Positions 28,914 through 39,643 of a DNA stretch of 64,000 bases are shown piece after piece. Both the position numbers and the translations under genes were made by a program. The stretch is taken from NCBI GenBank assembly GCA_963662405.2, contig CAXXKT010000002.1, forward strand, positions 224,001 to 288,000. Reading direction: 5' to 3'. The notes beneath the pieces were generated by a model. The model was not told the DNA's origin, searched no databases, and saw only the letters and a list, made by a program, of their open reading frames with translations. The stretch's first letter is position 1; the number at the start of each line of letters is the position of its first letter. The DNA comes from Syntrophales bacterium (GTDB lineage: Bacteria; Desulfobacterota; Syntrophia; Syntrophales; UBA2210).

Positions 28914-29933
28914 TCAGTCCAGATACTGATCGGCCAATATCTCCGCTATCTGCACCGCGTTGAGGGCGGCACCCTTTCGGATATTGTCGGAGACAACCCA
29001 CATATTGATCCCGTTCGGGATAGACTCGTCCTCTCTGATCCTCCCTACAAAGGTGTCGTCCTTCCCCGCTGCATCGCTGGCCAGGGGATACCGCATCGCC
29101 GCGGGTTCGTCCACAACGGTGACCCCCGGGGCTTTTGCGAGGAGTCTGCGTACCTCGTCAGCGGTGATCTTCTCTTCGGTCTCGATGTTGACCGCCTCCG
29201 AGTGACCGTAGAAAACCGGCACCCGTACGGTCGTCGCGGTGACTGCGATGGAGGGGTCCTTGAAGATCTTCTTGGTCTCGTTCACCATCTTCATCTCTTC
29301 CTTCGTATAGCCATTCTCCAGGAATACATCAATGTGGGGAAGACAGTTGAAAGCGATCCGGTGCGGATAGACCGTTATCTCCGGTTCTTCCATGGAGAGA
29401 AGGGCCCGTGTCTGCTCAACCAACTCTTCAACGGCCTCCTTGCCGGTCCCCGAAACCGCTTGATAGGTGGACACCACGATGCGTTTGATGCCGACGGCAT
29501 CATGGATCGGTTTCAATGCCACAACCATCTGTATGGTCGAACAATTGGGGTTTGCGATGATCCCCCTGTCGCGATACGCTGCGATGTCTTCGGGATTGAC
29601 CTCGGGAACCACCAGGGGAATATCCGGGGCCATCCGGAAGGCGCTGGTGTTGTCTATGACGACACATCCCTCACGTGCCGCTATCGGAGCAAACCGTTCG
29701 CTGATGCTTCCTCCTGCGGAAAACAAACCTATTTCTATCCCCTTAAAGGAGTCGTCATTCAACACCCTGACCGGGTATTCTTTCCCCCTGAAGGTCAAGC
29801 TCTTTCCCAGAGATCGTTCCGAGGCGAGGAGCACCAACTCCCCCACAGGAAAATTCCTCTGTTCCAGGGTACTGATCATCTCCCCTCCGACAAGTCCCGT
29901 AGCCCCTACAACTGCAACCTGATATTTTCTCAT
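28914..29933 (-). CDS. asd: Aspartate-semialdehyde dehydrogenase
   Basis: VVGATGLVG, IANPNCST and DNIRKGAALNAVQ motifs. Confidence 0.97.
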   Translation of the reverse strand: MRKYQVAVVGATGLVGGEMISTLEQRNFPVGELVLLASERSLGKSLTFRGKEYPVRVLNDDSFKGIEIGLFSAGGSISERFAPIAAREGCVVIDNTSAFRMAPDIPLVVPEVNPEDIAAYRDRGIIANPNCSTIQMVVALKPIHDAVGIKRIVVSTYQAVSGTGKEAVEELVEQTRALLSMEEPEITVYPHRIAFNCLPHIDVFLENGYTKEEMKMVNETKKIFKDPSIAVTATTVRVPVFYGHSEAVNIETEEKITADEVRRLLAKAPGVTVVDEPAAMRYPLASDAAGKDDTFVGRIREDESIPNGINMWVVSDNIRKGAALNAVQIAEILADQYLD

Positions 29934-30058
29934 ACCGTTATCCTTTGTATATCGTTTTCTCGAATCAATTGATTTATCGCTTCTTCCACCCGATCAGGGA
30001 TAAAAGCACACCTCCATGCGCATCGAAGTCCGGCAGATCGCGCCAGGAAAGAGCAATA

Positions 30059-30829
30059 TCACATCCGGTGATGGTATCGCTGTGTTTCGTTCTGGTGACG
30101 TGCTTTCACAATCTTGAACAGAACCCAGACCGGCCCCGATATCGCGTAGCTGACGGAAATAACAAAGAGCATAACCTGGGGTTCAAGCACAATGATGATA
30201 AGCATGAAGACGATCATGACAAAGGTCATGAAGGGCTTTCTTGAAAAGAAGTTCAGATCTTTGAAACTGTAATATTTGATATTGCTGATCATCAAGAGGG
30301 AGAGTGCAACCGTCCCTATCAAGATTGAGACATGGTGAAGAGAACCTTCTCCTCCGAGGTAATAGAACAACAAGACCGTCGTCGCAACGACCCCTGCGGC
30401 CGCCGGGATGGCGAGACCGTTAAATACACTGCTGTCGACAATATCCATCTGCACGTTAAACCGCGCAAGTCTCAAGGCGCCACAGAGCACGAAGAGAAAG
30501 GCTGCAAGCCATCCATATCGCCCGTAAGACATGAGCGCCCATGAATAGGTAAGAACAGCGGGAGCGAGACCAAACGCGATCAGGTCGGAGAGAGAATCAT
30601 ACTCAGCGCCGAACCTGCTGCTCGTATTGGTAACCCGGGCGATCTTTCCATCAAGACCATCAAGTATGATGGACAGAATGATCGCGATAGCAGCGGGAAT
30701 AAAATTTCCCCCTATCGAGGCGACAATGGAATAAAATCCAAAAAAGAGACTGGCCGTTGTAAAGAGATTCGGGAGAATATAAATTCCCTTTTTCATGCTG
30801 TCGGTCTTTATCCTGTGAGCTTTTCTCAT
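30059..30829 (-). CDS. pssA: CDP-diacylglycerol--serine O-phosphatidyltransferase
   Basis: [25 protein letters not shown] and LRLARFN motifs. Confidence 0.95.
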   Translation of the reverse strand: MRKAHRIKTDSMKKGIYILPNLFTTASLFFGFYSIVASIGGNFIPAAIAIILSIILDGLDGKIARVTNTSSRFGAEYDSLSDLIAFGLAPAVLTYSWALMSYGRYGWLAAFLFVLCGALRLARFNVQMDIVDSSVFNGLAIPAAAGVVATTVLLFYYLGGEGSLHHVSILIGTVALSLLMISNIKYYSFKDLNFFSRKPFMTFVMIVFMLIIIVLEPQVMLFVISVSYAISGPVWVLFKIVKARHQNETQRYHHRM

Positions 30830-31366
30830 GGTAGATACCCTATCGCCGTCTCTCCGGCACGTACCGTATCGCCGACCTTTACGGGAACCATGGCGTCGAT
30901 CGGCATAAACACCTCAAGGCGTGAGCCGAATTTGATCAGTCCGATCCGCTCTCCCCTTTCCACTCCCATCCCCGTTCGGAGAGAGAATCATACTCAGCGC
31001 CGAACCTGCTGCTCGTATTGGTAACCCGGGCGATCTTTCCATCAAGACCATCAAGTATGATGGACAGAATGATCGCGATAGCAGCGGGAATAAAATTTCC
31101 CCCTATCGAGGCGACAATGGAATAAAATCCAAAAAAGAGACTGGCCGTTGTAAAGAGATTCGGGAGAATATAAATTCCCTTTTTCATGCTGTCGGTCTTT
31201 ATCCTGTGAGCTTTTCTCATGGTAGATACCCTATCGCCGTCTCTCCGGCACGTACCGTATCGCCGACCTTTACGGGAACCATGGCGTCGATCGGCATAAA
31301 CACCTCAAGGCGTGAGCCGAATTTGATCAGTCCGATCCGCTCTCCCCTTTCCACTCCCATCCCCGT
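30585..31366. repeat. Exact 391-bp tandem duplication (30585-30975 / 30976-31366)
   Basis: Both copies read identical. They span the psd 3' end and pssA 5' end, creating a truncated pssA copy (30936-31220). Confidence 0.93.
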
Positions 31367-31870
31367 TTGGACCCAACAAACGATCCGACGGGCAATAAGC
31401 CCCGCGATCTGTATCGTCAAGATCCGAGTTCCGTTCTTCGTCTCGATCAGGAACGAATTTCGCTCGTTGGCTTCCGATGCCTTATCGAGGTTTGCGGAAA
31501 AGAATTTGCCTTCCCGGTATACGATTTCCTTTACGGTCCCGGCACACGGAGCCCTATTGACGTGAACATTGAAAATGTTCATAAAGATGCTTATCTTGCA
31601 GGCCTTGCCCTTGAGTAATTCCCTCTCTTCCACTTCCTCTATCTTGATAACCCGGCCGTCGGCAGGGGATATCACCGCCTTCTCATCCCCGCGGTATATC
31701 CGTTCCGGATTGCGGAAAAACCACAGGACAAAAAGGGCCGCCAGAGAAAAAATGACGGCGACCCAAGCGACACCCAGAAAGGCCCCGACCACCGCCACGA
31801 GGACAAACGGAACGATGAAAACGAACCCGTCATGCACAACGGGGGAATGTCTATGGTCCCTCCCTGTCAT
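31217..31870 (-). CDS. psd: Phosphatidylserine decarboxylase (short pyruvoyl type)
   Basis: FFRNPER, SPADG, NVHVNRAP and KFGSR cleavage motif. Confidence 0.94.
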   Translation of the reverse strand: MTGRDHRHSPVVHDGFVFIVPFVLVAVVGAFLGVAWVAVIFSLAALFVLWFFRNPERIYRGDEKAVISPADGRVIKIEEVEERELLKGKACKISIFMNIFNVHVNRAPCAGTVKEIVYREGKFFSANLDKASEANERNSFLIETKNGTRILTIQIAGLIARRIVCWVQTGMGVERGERIGLIKFGSRLEVFMPIDAMVPVKVGDTVRAGETAIGYLP

Positions 31871-31977
31871 CAATTATCTCCCTTCCCGCCATCGGAGGAT
31901 TCTGCAGCACTGCCGTAATTATCACCGGTCAGGGCCGGTGTATAGTAGATAACAGGCACTATGTCAACCAACATATC

Positions 31978-32673
31978 CTATTCGGAACGCCCGATCGGTG
32001 CGGCGGCATACGATGAACGGAGATAATCGGGAATCAGTGTCATTATATCAGATGTCTCTCCGCTCTGAAACTTCTTCCTCCCAGCCAGCCCTATCATGGC
32101 TGCCCGCACCATATTAAAACGGGGCGGGGCGACAGACGACCGGCCCGGCAGGATATCACCGATGAGATCCCGGTAGGCCTCAGCTCCGCTGCCAAGAAAC
32201 AACACCTCTCCCTGGATGGAACCGATAAATTCGCTCGGGCGGACCACGCATTCCGTCTGCACCTTTTCATAGGAATCGAAACCGGAGGGGAGATATAACG
32301 CCACATACACCTCGCCTCTCCCGGCGTCGACCATGGGGCAGAGGGTAACTCTTCGAGAAGAAGCGATATTCATGGCGAGGGCATCAAGGGTGCAGACACC
32401 CACAACCGGTTTGCATAAAACAAGGGCCAATCCTTTTACGGTGCTCAGACCAACCCGCAATCCGGTGAAGGAACCGGGGCCGATGGTTACGGCAAGCAGA
32501 TCGACCTGATCCTTCTCGATCTCCCCTGAGGCAAGCACTCGCTCGATTGTCGGCAAGAGTACCTCAGCATGGTTCCGGCCGGTATGAATGCATATTTCCG
32601 AGCGGATATTCTCATCTTCGAGGAGCGCGACACCGGTCGCCGCGAGAGAGCTATCAACCGCGAGCGTGATCAT
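31978..32673 (-). CDS. tsaB: tRNA threonylcarbamoyladenosine biosynthesis protein TsaB
   Basis: LAVDSS, GPGSFTGLRVG and DAGRGEVY motifs. Confidence 0.93.
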   Translation of the reverse strand: MITLAVDSSLAATGVALLEDENIRSEICIHTGRNHAEVLLPTIERVLASGEIEKDQVDLLAVTIGPGSFTGLRVGLSTVKGLALVLCKPVVGVCTLDALAMNIASSRRVTLCPMVDAGRGEVYVALYLPSGFDSYEKVQTECVVRPSEFIGSIQGEVLFLGSGAEAYRDLIGDILPGRSSVAPPRFNMVRAAMIGLAGRKKFQSGETSDIMTLIPDYLRSSYAAAPIGRSE

Positions 32674-32675
32674 GG

Positions 32676-33746
32676 CTAATACCCCAATATCCGCGCAATG
32701 TCGTTATAAAAGACAAAGAGCATCAGGAGAATCAAAAAAAAGAAACCCACCTGCTGTGCGATTTCTCTGCACCGGATGCTCACGGGCCTTCCGGTTACCG
32801 CCTCCACCAAGAAAAAGGCTATATGCCCTCCGTCGAGGACCGGCACGGGTAGAAAATTCAAGACCCCCAGATTAACGCTGAGTACCGCCATCAAGAAGAC
32901 AAACGGAACGAATCCTTTGCGGACCTGTGTGCCGGCCATCTGCGCGATCAGTATGGGGCCACCCAGTTCCCGCGGGGAAACAATTCCCTGCACTATCTTG
33001 ACCATGCCGATACAGGTCAGTTTCGTCCACCCCCATGTCTGCTCAATACCTGCGTAGAACGCGCCGGCCGGTCCCTCCCGTTCTATAACCGTTTCGTCTG
33101 AGATACCGACTCCGATTCGATAGGTTCTGATCTCTTCACCGAAGACGTTCGTTGACGTTGCTGCCAGAGGGGTAACGTCTACATCACGGATCTTTTTCCC
33201 CCGTGCTACGCGGATATTGATTCTCTCTCCCTCACTCTCGCTGACGGCCTCGGCTAGTTCGGACCACATCGAGATGTCCCTGTCATTGATGGCAACGACA
33301 ACATCACCGCTTTGAAGTCCGGCCTCAAAGGCCGGGCTGTTTTCCTGGACGGTTCCAATCATCGAGGTCGCAACGGGGACCCCGATGGCATATACAACCG
33401 CAAAGGCAAAAACGGCAAAGAGGAAGTTGAAGAGGGGACCGGCAGATACGATCGCTATCCGCTTCAATACCCCCTGCTTCAGGAACGACCGTTTCTCGTC
33501 TTCGGGGGACAGGTCTTCATTTTCCTCCGATTCACCCAACATCTTGACGTACCCCCCGAGGGGTATCGCCGAAAGGACATACTCCGTCTCTCCCACCTTT
33601 CTCCCGAACAGTTTGGGGCCGAAACCGAGGGAGAACTTCAGGACACCCACGCCGGACCACTTCGCCACGAGGAAATGACCCAGTTCATGTACAAAGATCA
33701 AGACCCCGAGGAGAATTATTACCGATACAACACTTAATCCGATCAA
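32676..33746 (-). CDS. rseP: RIP metalloprotease
   Basis: HELGH, PDZ domain and NFLPVPVLDGG. TTG start overlapping the dxr stop. Confidence 0.95.
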   Translation of the reverse strand: MIGLSVVSVIILLGVLIFVHELGHFLVAKWSGVGVLKFSLGFGPKLFGRKVGETEYVLSAIPLGGYVKMLGESEENEDLSPEDEKRSFLKQGVLKRIAIVSAGPLFNFLFAVFAFAVVYAIGVPVATSMIGTVQENSPAFEAGLQSGDVVVAINDRDISMWSELAEAVSESEGERINIRVARGKKIRDVDVTPLAATSTNVFGEEIRTYRIGVGISDETVIEREGPAGAFYAGIEQTWGWTKLTCIGMVKIVQGIVSPRELGGPILIAQMAGTQVRKGFVPFVFLMAVLSVNLGVLNFLPVPVLDGGHIAFFLVEAVTGRPVSIRCREIAQQVGFFFLILLMLFVFYNDIARILGY

Positions 33747-34909
33747 GTGACTTTTCCTTTCTCCACGGCCTCCTGAGCCCTGGTCCGCGCCCATCCGTCG
33801 GCCCGCAGAACGTCGTCAATCGTTTCAACCTGCTGCGTCTGATGAGATACGACAATATCTTTCACAATGGACGTGATATCCTGAAATCCGATCTTTCCGG
33901 CGACAAAGGCCTCCACAGCTATCTCGTTCGACGCGTTCAGGACCGCGGGCGCCGTGCCACCCCTTCCGGCCGCCTCATAGGCAAGATCCAACGCCGGGAA
34001 GCGGACGGGGTCGGGAGGTAAAAATTCCAGTGTTCCCACGGTGCAGAGATCGAGGGTTGATATGGCCCGGGGGACCCTCCGGGGATACCCCAAGGCATAC
34101 GATATGGGTCCCTTCATATCGGGTACACCCATCTGTGCGATAACAGAACCGTCGACATACTCCACCATGGAGTGAACGATACTCTGCGGATGAATGCAAA
34201 CATCTATTTGTTCCTTTCCCATCCCGAACAGCCACATGGCCTCTATGATTTCAAGGGCTTTATTCATCATGGTTGCCGAATCTATGGTAATCTTTTGCCC
34301 CATCTCCCAGTTAGGATGCTTGAGGGCATCCTGAAGCCGGATTTCTCCGAACCGTTCGACAGGAAATTGAAAAAAGGGGCCCCCCGAGGCCGTCAGGATG
34401 AGTCGCCGCACCTCCGCCCGGTTGTGTCCGGCCAAGCTCTGAAAAAGGGCGCTGTGTTCGCTGTCGACCGGGATGATCTTCGCACCGCGCGAGGCGGCCC
34501 GATCCATGACTATCCCCCCGGCCATGACCATCGTCTCTTTGTTGGCAAGGGCGATGTCTTTCCCCGCTTCAATGGCCGCCATCGTCGGCGAAAGACCCGC
34601 TGCACCGGCAATTGCGGAGACAACGATATCCGCTCCCTTCCAGGATGCGACGCGGGTGCTTCCCTCCTCACCCCACAGAATAGCCGGTACGGAAGCGTGC
34701 CCGATCATATCCTTCAATCGGCAGGCATGGGCTTCATCGATGACAGAGACCACTTCCGGTCGCAAGGCCTGTATCTGTTTTGCCAGGAGCGACAGATTTC
34801 TTCCCGCGGAAAGGGCAACGATCTTGAACCGGGAAGGGTTCCCGATAACGATATCTACGGTACTGACCCCTATGGAACCAGTTGATCCCAGAACGACAAT
34901 TGTTTTCAT
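33743..34909 (-). CDS. dxr: 1-deoxy-D-xylulose-5-phosphate reductoisomerase
   Basis: LGSTGSIG, LANKE, PVDSEHSA and HPNWEMGQKITIDSATM motifs. Confidence 0.97.
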   Translation of the reverse strand: MKTIVVLGSTGSIGVSTVDIVIGNPSRFKIVALSAGRNLSLLAKQIQALRPEVVSVIDEAHACRLKDMIGHASVPAILWGEEGSTRVASWKGADIVVSAIAGAAGLSPTMAAIEAGKDIALANKETMVMAGGIVMDRAASRGAKIIPVDSEHSALFQSLAGHNRAEVRRLILTASGGPFFQFPVERFGEIRLQDALKHPNWEMGQKITIDSATMMNKALEIIEAMWLFGMGKEQIDVCIHPQSIVHSMVEYVDGSVIAQMGVPDMKGPISYALGYPRRVPRAISTLDLCTVGTLEFLPPDPVRFPALDLAYEAAGRGGTAPAVLNASNEIAVEAFVAGKIGFQDITSIVKDIVVSHQTQQVETIDDVLRADGWARTRAQEAVEKGKVT

Positions 34910-35712
34910 CAGATCACTAAGACGCGATAATAATATACAAAGGGGATGAGGAAAACAAGCGAATCCAAGCGGTCCAGTATACCCCCGTGGCCCGGGAGAA
35001 GCGATCCGGAATCCTTTACCAGAGAGGTCCTCTTAACGGCCGACTCACACAGGTCACCCAGCTGAGCAAGGATGCTCCCCATCACACCAAGCATCACCGC
35101 GTCAATCAGAAGGAGGTCGTGGAGAACAATGAGTTTAAAGACCACACACCCGGCAACAGTACCCGCCATGGATCCCATCGCTCCCGCTACCGTCTTTCCA
35201 GCACTGACCTGCGGCATCAGCTTCGTCTTACCCATCGCCCTTCCAACGTAAAACGCTGAGATATCGCCCAGAAAGGCGGCAACAATGACGAAGAATATCC
35301 AGGAAATCCCGTTTTCAGAATTTCTGAGTGGAATAAGATACGATATGAGAAAGGGGATATACACACAGCCGAACAGGACCTTGGTCAGCGCCACAAAGTC
35401 AGGCGTTTCATCTTTCATCCGAAAGAGAAAGAGGAGGAAGAGGATGATGAACGAGAAGGTAATCGCAGCCGCCATCAGCGGGACACCTCCGAGGTATGCC
35501 GAGAGGGGAATAAAAACGCCGACAATCAATCCCTCGGCCTTCTCCAGAGAGTGCTTCTCCTTGAAGATCATGGCATTATACTCACAAACACCCCAGAGAA
35601 TCACCATGGCTATCACGGCGGAAAAGAGGAAAGATGATCCCCTGAGGATAAGGACAATCAGGAGAGGGACCGCCACAATCCCCGTGATCCATCGCTTTGC
35701 ATGCGGGCCCAT
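34909..35712 (-). CDS. cdsA: Phosphatidate cytidylyltransferase
   Basis: GDLCESAVKR..KDSGSLLPGHGGILDRLDS motif. Confidence 0.95.
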   Translation of the reverse strand: MGPHAKRWITGIVAVPLLIVLILRGSSFLFSAVIAMVILWGVCEYNAMIFKEKHSLEKAEGLIVGVFIPLSAYLGGVPLMAAAITFSFIILFLLFLFRMKDETPDFVALTKVLFGCVYIPFLISYLIPLRNSENGISWIFFVIVAAFLGDISAFYVGRAMGKTKLMPQVSAGKTVAGAMGSMAGTVAGCVVFKLIVLHDLLLIDAVMLGVMGSILAQLGDLCESAVKRTSLVKDSGSLLPGHGGILDRLDSLVFLIPFVYYYRVLVI

Positions 35713-35727
35713 ACTATCTCAATCCCT

Positions 35728-36456
35728 TCATAACTGGTCGCTGGTCAGGCCAAAACGCCGTTCTCTTTGCTGATAATCCACAATGGCGTCTATCAGGACG
35801 TCCTTTGTAAAATCAGGCCACAGGACGTCGGTGAAGTACAACTCCGTGTAAGCCGACTGCCACAGGAGAAAATTGCTCAGCCGGTATTCCCCGCTTGTCC
35901 GTATCAGGAGATCCGGATCGGGGATATCTACAGTATACAGGTACCGCGAAAAGAATTCCTTCGTTATCGTTTCTTCATGCATCTCCGTAGATCTGCTATC
36001 CCGCAGCATCCTGCGAACCGCCTGAACAATCTCGTCCCTGCCCCCGTAACTCAAGGCGAGGGTCAGGACCATCCCGTTGTTCTCGGAGGTCTCTTTCATT
36101 GCCTTGGCAAGAAGATCTTGGACCGTCACAGGAAACCTGCTCGTCTCCCCGATCGTTAAAAGACGAATACCGGTCTCCAGCATCTCCTCCAACTCCGTTT
36201 TAAGGTAGGTCTCGAGGAGAGACATGAGTCTCTCGATCTCATTTGCCGGGCGATGCCAGTTTTCAACCGAGAAGGCATAGAGGGTAAGATACCGTATCCC
36301 GAGTTCGCGACAGGTCTTGATCGTGGCCCGAACCGCTTCGGCACCCTTTTCATGACCCATGACCCTTCTCAGACGGTTCTTCTTTGCCCACCTGCCGTTT
36401 CCGTCCATGATAACGGCGACGTGACAGGGAAGCTTTTCCTTGATAATCCTATGCAT
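35728..36456 (-). CDS. uppS: Undecaprenyl diphosphate synthase
   Basis: IMDGNGRWA, YAFSVENW and RTSGEYRLSNFLLWQ motifs. Start could be 36474. Confidence 0.96.
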   Translation of the reverse strand: MHRIIKEKLPCHVAVIMDGNGRWAKKNRLRRVMGHEKGAEAVRATIKTCRELGIRYLTLYAFSVENWHRPANEIERLMSLLETYLKTELEEMLETGIRLLTIGETSRFPVTVQDLLAKAMKETSENNGMVLTLALSYGGRDEIVQAVRRMLRDSRSTEMHEETITKEFFSRYLYTVDIPDPDLLIRTSGEYRLSNFLLWQSAYTELYFTDVLWPDFTKDVLIDAIVDYQQRERRFGLTSDQL

Positions 36457-36542
36457 ACGCACGCCCACCCTCAAAGTCCAGTATCATAGCGCCCTGTCAT
36501 TTTCAACCGGTATCTTGATGACACGATATTCAACCGAGGCAT

Positions 36543-36566
36543 AAAAAAGGGGGCCCTTGGCCCCCT
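36543..36566 (-). terminator. Rho-independent terminator after frr
   Basis: AGGGGGCC/GGCCCCCT stem followed by a T tract on the minus strand. Confidence 0.75.
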
Positions 36567-36585
36567 CATCCACCGCCGGCTACTC

Positions 36586-37143
36586 TTATATCTCCATAAT
36601 CTCGGCCTCTTTGGCAGCCAAGATCCCATCTACCTTACCGGTATACTCGTCGGTTACCTTCTGAACCTCGCTCTGGGTGTCGTGCATGGTGTCTTCCGAT
36701 ATATCACCATCGTTTTTCAGTTTTTTGAGTTCATTGTTGGCTTCCCTTCGTGCATTACGAAGCCGGACTTTATTCTCCTCCGCCATCTTCCGCACGACCT
36801 TGACCAATTCCTTCCTCCGCTCCTCCGTCAGGGGGGGGATATTGATCCTGATCACCTTCCCGTCATTGTTCGGAACCAAACCTAACTCCGATTTCTGTAC
36901 GGCCTTTCCGATGGCATCTATCGCTCCCTTATCCCAAGGAGAAATGAGTATCAGTTGGCTTTCCGGGGTGGAGAGGGTGGCAACCTGGTTCAGCGGGGTC
37001 ATGACACCGTAATAGTCGACCTTGATACCGTCAAGGAGGGTTACCGACGCCCTCCCCGTGCGCACTTTATTAAACGATTTTTCGAGAGACTGGATATCTC
37101 TCTCCATGGCTTCCTTCAATTCCTCGAATACCAGATCCGTCAT
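36586..37143 (-). CDS. frr: Ribosome recycling factor
   Basis: RTGRAS and [13 protein letters not shown] motifs. Confidence 0.97.
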   Translation of the reverse strand: MTDLVFEELKEAMERDIQSLEKSFNKVRTGRASVTLLDGIKVDYYGVMTPLNQVATLSTPESQLILISPWDKGAIDAIGKAVQKSELGLVPNNDGKVIRINIPPLTEERRKELVKVVRKMAEENKVRLRNARREANNELKKLKNDGDISEDTMHDTQSEVQKVTDEYTGKVDGILAAKEAEIMEI

Positions 37144-37865
37144 TTATCATCCCCCACCACAACGGTCCCGATGGATTTCCCACAGACGACACCTTTGATA
37201 TTTTCCCTCTTCTCGATATTGAATACGACAAGGGGGAGGTTGTTGTCCCGGCACATGGAGACTGCCGTCGAATCCATCACCTTGAGATCCCTGGTCAGGA
37301 CCTCGGTATACGTTATCCTGTCAAATATCCGGGCATCCTTTTCCTTCACGGGATCCTTATCATAGATTCCGTCGACCTTGGTGGCCTTGAGGATGGCACC
37401 GGCCTGTATCTCCATGGCCCGCAGAGAGGCTGCCGTGTCTGTCGTGAAGTAGGGACTTCCGGTCCCGCACGCAAAGATAACCACCCTTCCCTTTTCCAGA
37501 TGCCGGACTGCCCTTCTCTTGATGAAGGGTTCCGCGATCTCCCGCATCTCGATAGCGGTCTGAACCCTCGTTGGAACCCCATGGCTCTCAAGGGCGTTCT
37601 GAAGGGCCAGACTGTTCATCACGGTGGCAAGCATGCCCATGTAGTCGGCGGAGACCCGGTCAATCCCCTTGGTACTGGCCTCTACCCCGCGAAAGATATT
37701 GCCGCCCCCGATCACGATCCCGATCTGGACACCAAGGGTGTGAACGGCATTGATCTCCTCCGCCACAAACTTCAGGACATCCGTATCAATCCCGAAAGAG
37801 CCCTTCCCCAGGAGCGCTTCACCGCTCAGCTTCAGGAGGATTCTCTTATATATGGGTTTTTCCAC
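37140..37865 (-). CDS. pyrH: UMP kinase
   Basis: [16 protein letters not shown] and [11 protein letters not shown] motifs. Confidence 0.97.
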   Translation of the reverse strand: MEKPIYKRILLKLSGEALLGKGSFGIDTDVLKFVAEEINAVHTLGVQIGIVIGGGNIFRGVEASTKGIDRVSADYMGMLATVMNSLALQNALESHGVPTRVQTAIEMREIAEPFIKRRAVRHLEKGRVVIFACGTGSPYFTTDTAASLRAMEIQAGAILKATKVDGIYDKDPVKEKDARIFDRITYTEVLTRDLKVMDSTAVSMCRDNNLPLVVFNIEKRENIKGVVCGKSIGTVVVGDDK

Positions 37866-37934
37866 TATCGCACCGGCTTATCTAAAAAAAAGTTCGGCTG
37901 TTCACCTTCCGTAGTTCTGAGTTTACGCCTATCC

Positions 37935-38534
37935 TTATATATCTTCACCCAGCTGGAAACGTGCGAACCTCCTCACAACGATATTCTCGCCGGTGTTGGC
38001 GATCATGTTATTGACCAGTGTCTGGACCGTGATGTCCATGTCCTTGACGAATTTCTGATTCAGGAGACACACCTCCTCGTAAAACTTCCCGATCTTGCCC
38101 TCGATAATCCTATCGACAACCTTCTCAGGCTTTCCCGAGGCCAGGGCCTGCTCACGGTATATCCCCCGCTCGGCATCCATGACATCCGGCGGGACATCGT
38201 CAGGACTCAGATAGGTGGGATTCGCGGCGGCAATATGCATGGCAATATCCTTCACCATCGCCCTGAAGCTCTCGGTCTTGCCGACGAAATCCGTCTCGCA
38301 GTTGACCTCGACCATCACTCCGATCTTACCGCCCATGTGAATATACGCCTCCACCATACCGTTCTTCGCTGCCCGCGATGACCGCTTGGTCGCGGCGGAG
38401 AGTCCCTTCTTTCTCAGATACTCGACGGCCCTTTCAAGATCACCGTCGGCCGCGGCAAGCGCCTCCTTGCAATCCATCATACCCGAGTTTGTCTTATCTC
38501 TCAGCTCCTTTACCATCGATGCTGTAATTTCCAA
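37935..38534 (-). CDS. tsf: Elongation factor Ts (short form)
   Basis: VKELRDKT..GMMDCKEAL and EVNCETDFV motifs. Confidence 0.97.
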   Translation of the reverse strand: MEITASMVKELRDKTNSGMMDCKEALAAADGDLERAVEYLRKKGLSAATKRSSRAAKNGMVEAYIHMGGKIGVMVEVNCETDFVGKTESFRAMVKDIAMHIAAANPTYLSPDDVPPDVMDAERGIYREQALASGKPEKVVDRIIEGKIGKFYEEVCLLNQKFVKDMDITVQTLVNNMIANTGENIVVRRFARFQLGEDI

Positions 38535-38536
38535 TG

Positions 38537-39370
38537 TTACACTACCTCCTCGCTTTCCTGCGTCTTAGTTTCTTCAGCTTCATCTTCAGAGGATTCTTCC
38601 CCCTTGTTTTCTACACTCTCCGGGACATCCAGCTCTTCTTGACCGCCATCTTCCTCTTTGTCACTCTGTGCCTGCAGGCGCTCCTCAAGCTTCTTTTTCC
38701 CTTCGAGAGCGGCATCCGCAATCTTGGAGGAGAACAGCTTGATGGCCCGTATGGCATCGTCATTCCCGGGAATAATAAAATCAATATCATCGGGATCGCA
38801 ATTGCTATCGACGATCGCCACGATGGGAATACCGAGCTTCCCCGCTTCTTTGACGGCGATGCTCTCCTTTTTGGGATCAACAATAAAGACGATACCCGGC
38901 AGATTCTTCATGTTGCGTATCCCGCCGAGGACCTTCTGCAGTTTTTCTCTTTCCCTCTGAAGACCCAGGATCTCCTTTTTGGGAAATGCATTGATGCTCT
39001 CATCTTCAAACATGGCGTCAAGCTTATTCAACCGGTCTACGCTTCTCTTTATCGTCACAAAATTCGTCATCATGCCGCCAAGCCAGCGGTGATTAACATA
39101 GGGCATTCCGGCTCTCTCGGACTCCGTCTTTATGGATTCCTGCGCCTGCCGCTTGGTTCCCACCAGCAGGACTTCCTTGCCGGAGGCAACTGCATCGGCA
39201 ACGGCATTATAGGCCACATCAAACATCTGCACCGTCTGCTGAAGATCGATGATGTAGATGCCGTTTCGTGCCCCGAATATATAGGGCTTCATCTTGGGAT
39301 TCCACCGGTTCGTCTGATGACCGAAGTGAACCCCGGATTCCAGCAACATCTTCATTGATACTTGTGCCAT
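38537..39370 (-). CDS. rpsB: 30S ribosomal protein S2
   Basis: [15 protein letters not shown] and [10 protein letters not shown] motifs; AAGGAG RBS before ATG 39370. Confidence 0.97.
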   Translation of the reverse strand: MAQVSMKMLLESGVHFGHQTNRWNPKMKPYIFGARNGIYIIDLQQTVQMFDVAYNAVADAVASGKEVLLVGTKRQAQESIKTESERAGMPYVNHRWLGGMMTNFVTIKRSVDRLNKLDAMFEDESINAFPKKEILGLQREREKLQKVLGGIRNMKNLPGIVFIVDPKKESIAVKEAGKLGIPIVAIVDSNCDPDDIDFIIPGNDDAIRAIKLFSSKIADAALEGKKKLEERLQAQSDKEEDGGQEELDVPESVENKGEESSEDEAEETKTQESEEVV

Positions 39371-39384
39371 ATATTTCTCCTTGT

Positions 39385-39470
39385 TTGTTTTTTCCTCCAC
39401 CCCCCTCACCTCATCAGGGGACCTCTCTGCCGAGGCAACTCCCGGATAATCAGGGGGTGAGCGTGATATA
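39385..39470 (-). ncRNA. rpsB 5' leader (S2 autoregulatory / t44-like RNA)
   Basis: Minus strand CAC..CACCCCC...GGGGGGTGGAGGAAAAAAC stem architecture directly upstream of rpsB. Confidence 0.6.
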
Positions 39471-39643
39471 TATATTACCGTAAGTTGCAGCGGGATATCA
39501 TATCCCGGATAAATAATCAAGGTAAAACGGTTGAATCAACACCGCAATGAGGCCCCGAGCTCTTCCCTATTCAGGCGAGTAAGCAACCTCTTCGCCCCGG
39601 CGTATCGTCTCCACTATTGGGATCTCTCTCTGTCCGTATTCCG

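Noticed and set aside
37935..38534. Truncated tsf
   Set aside because: The ~200-aa EF-Ts form is a known natural variant, and both termini are intact.
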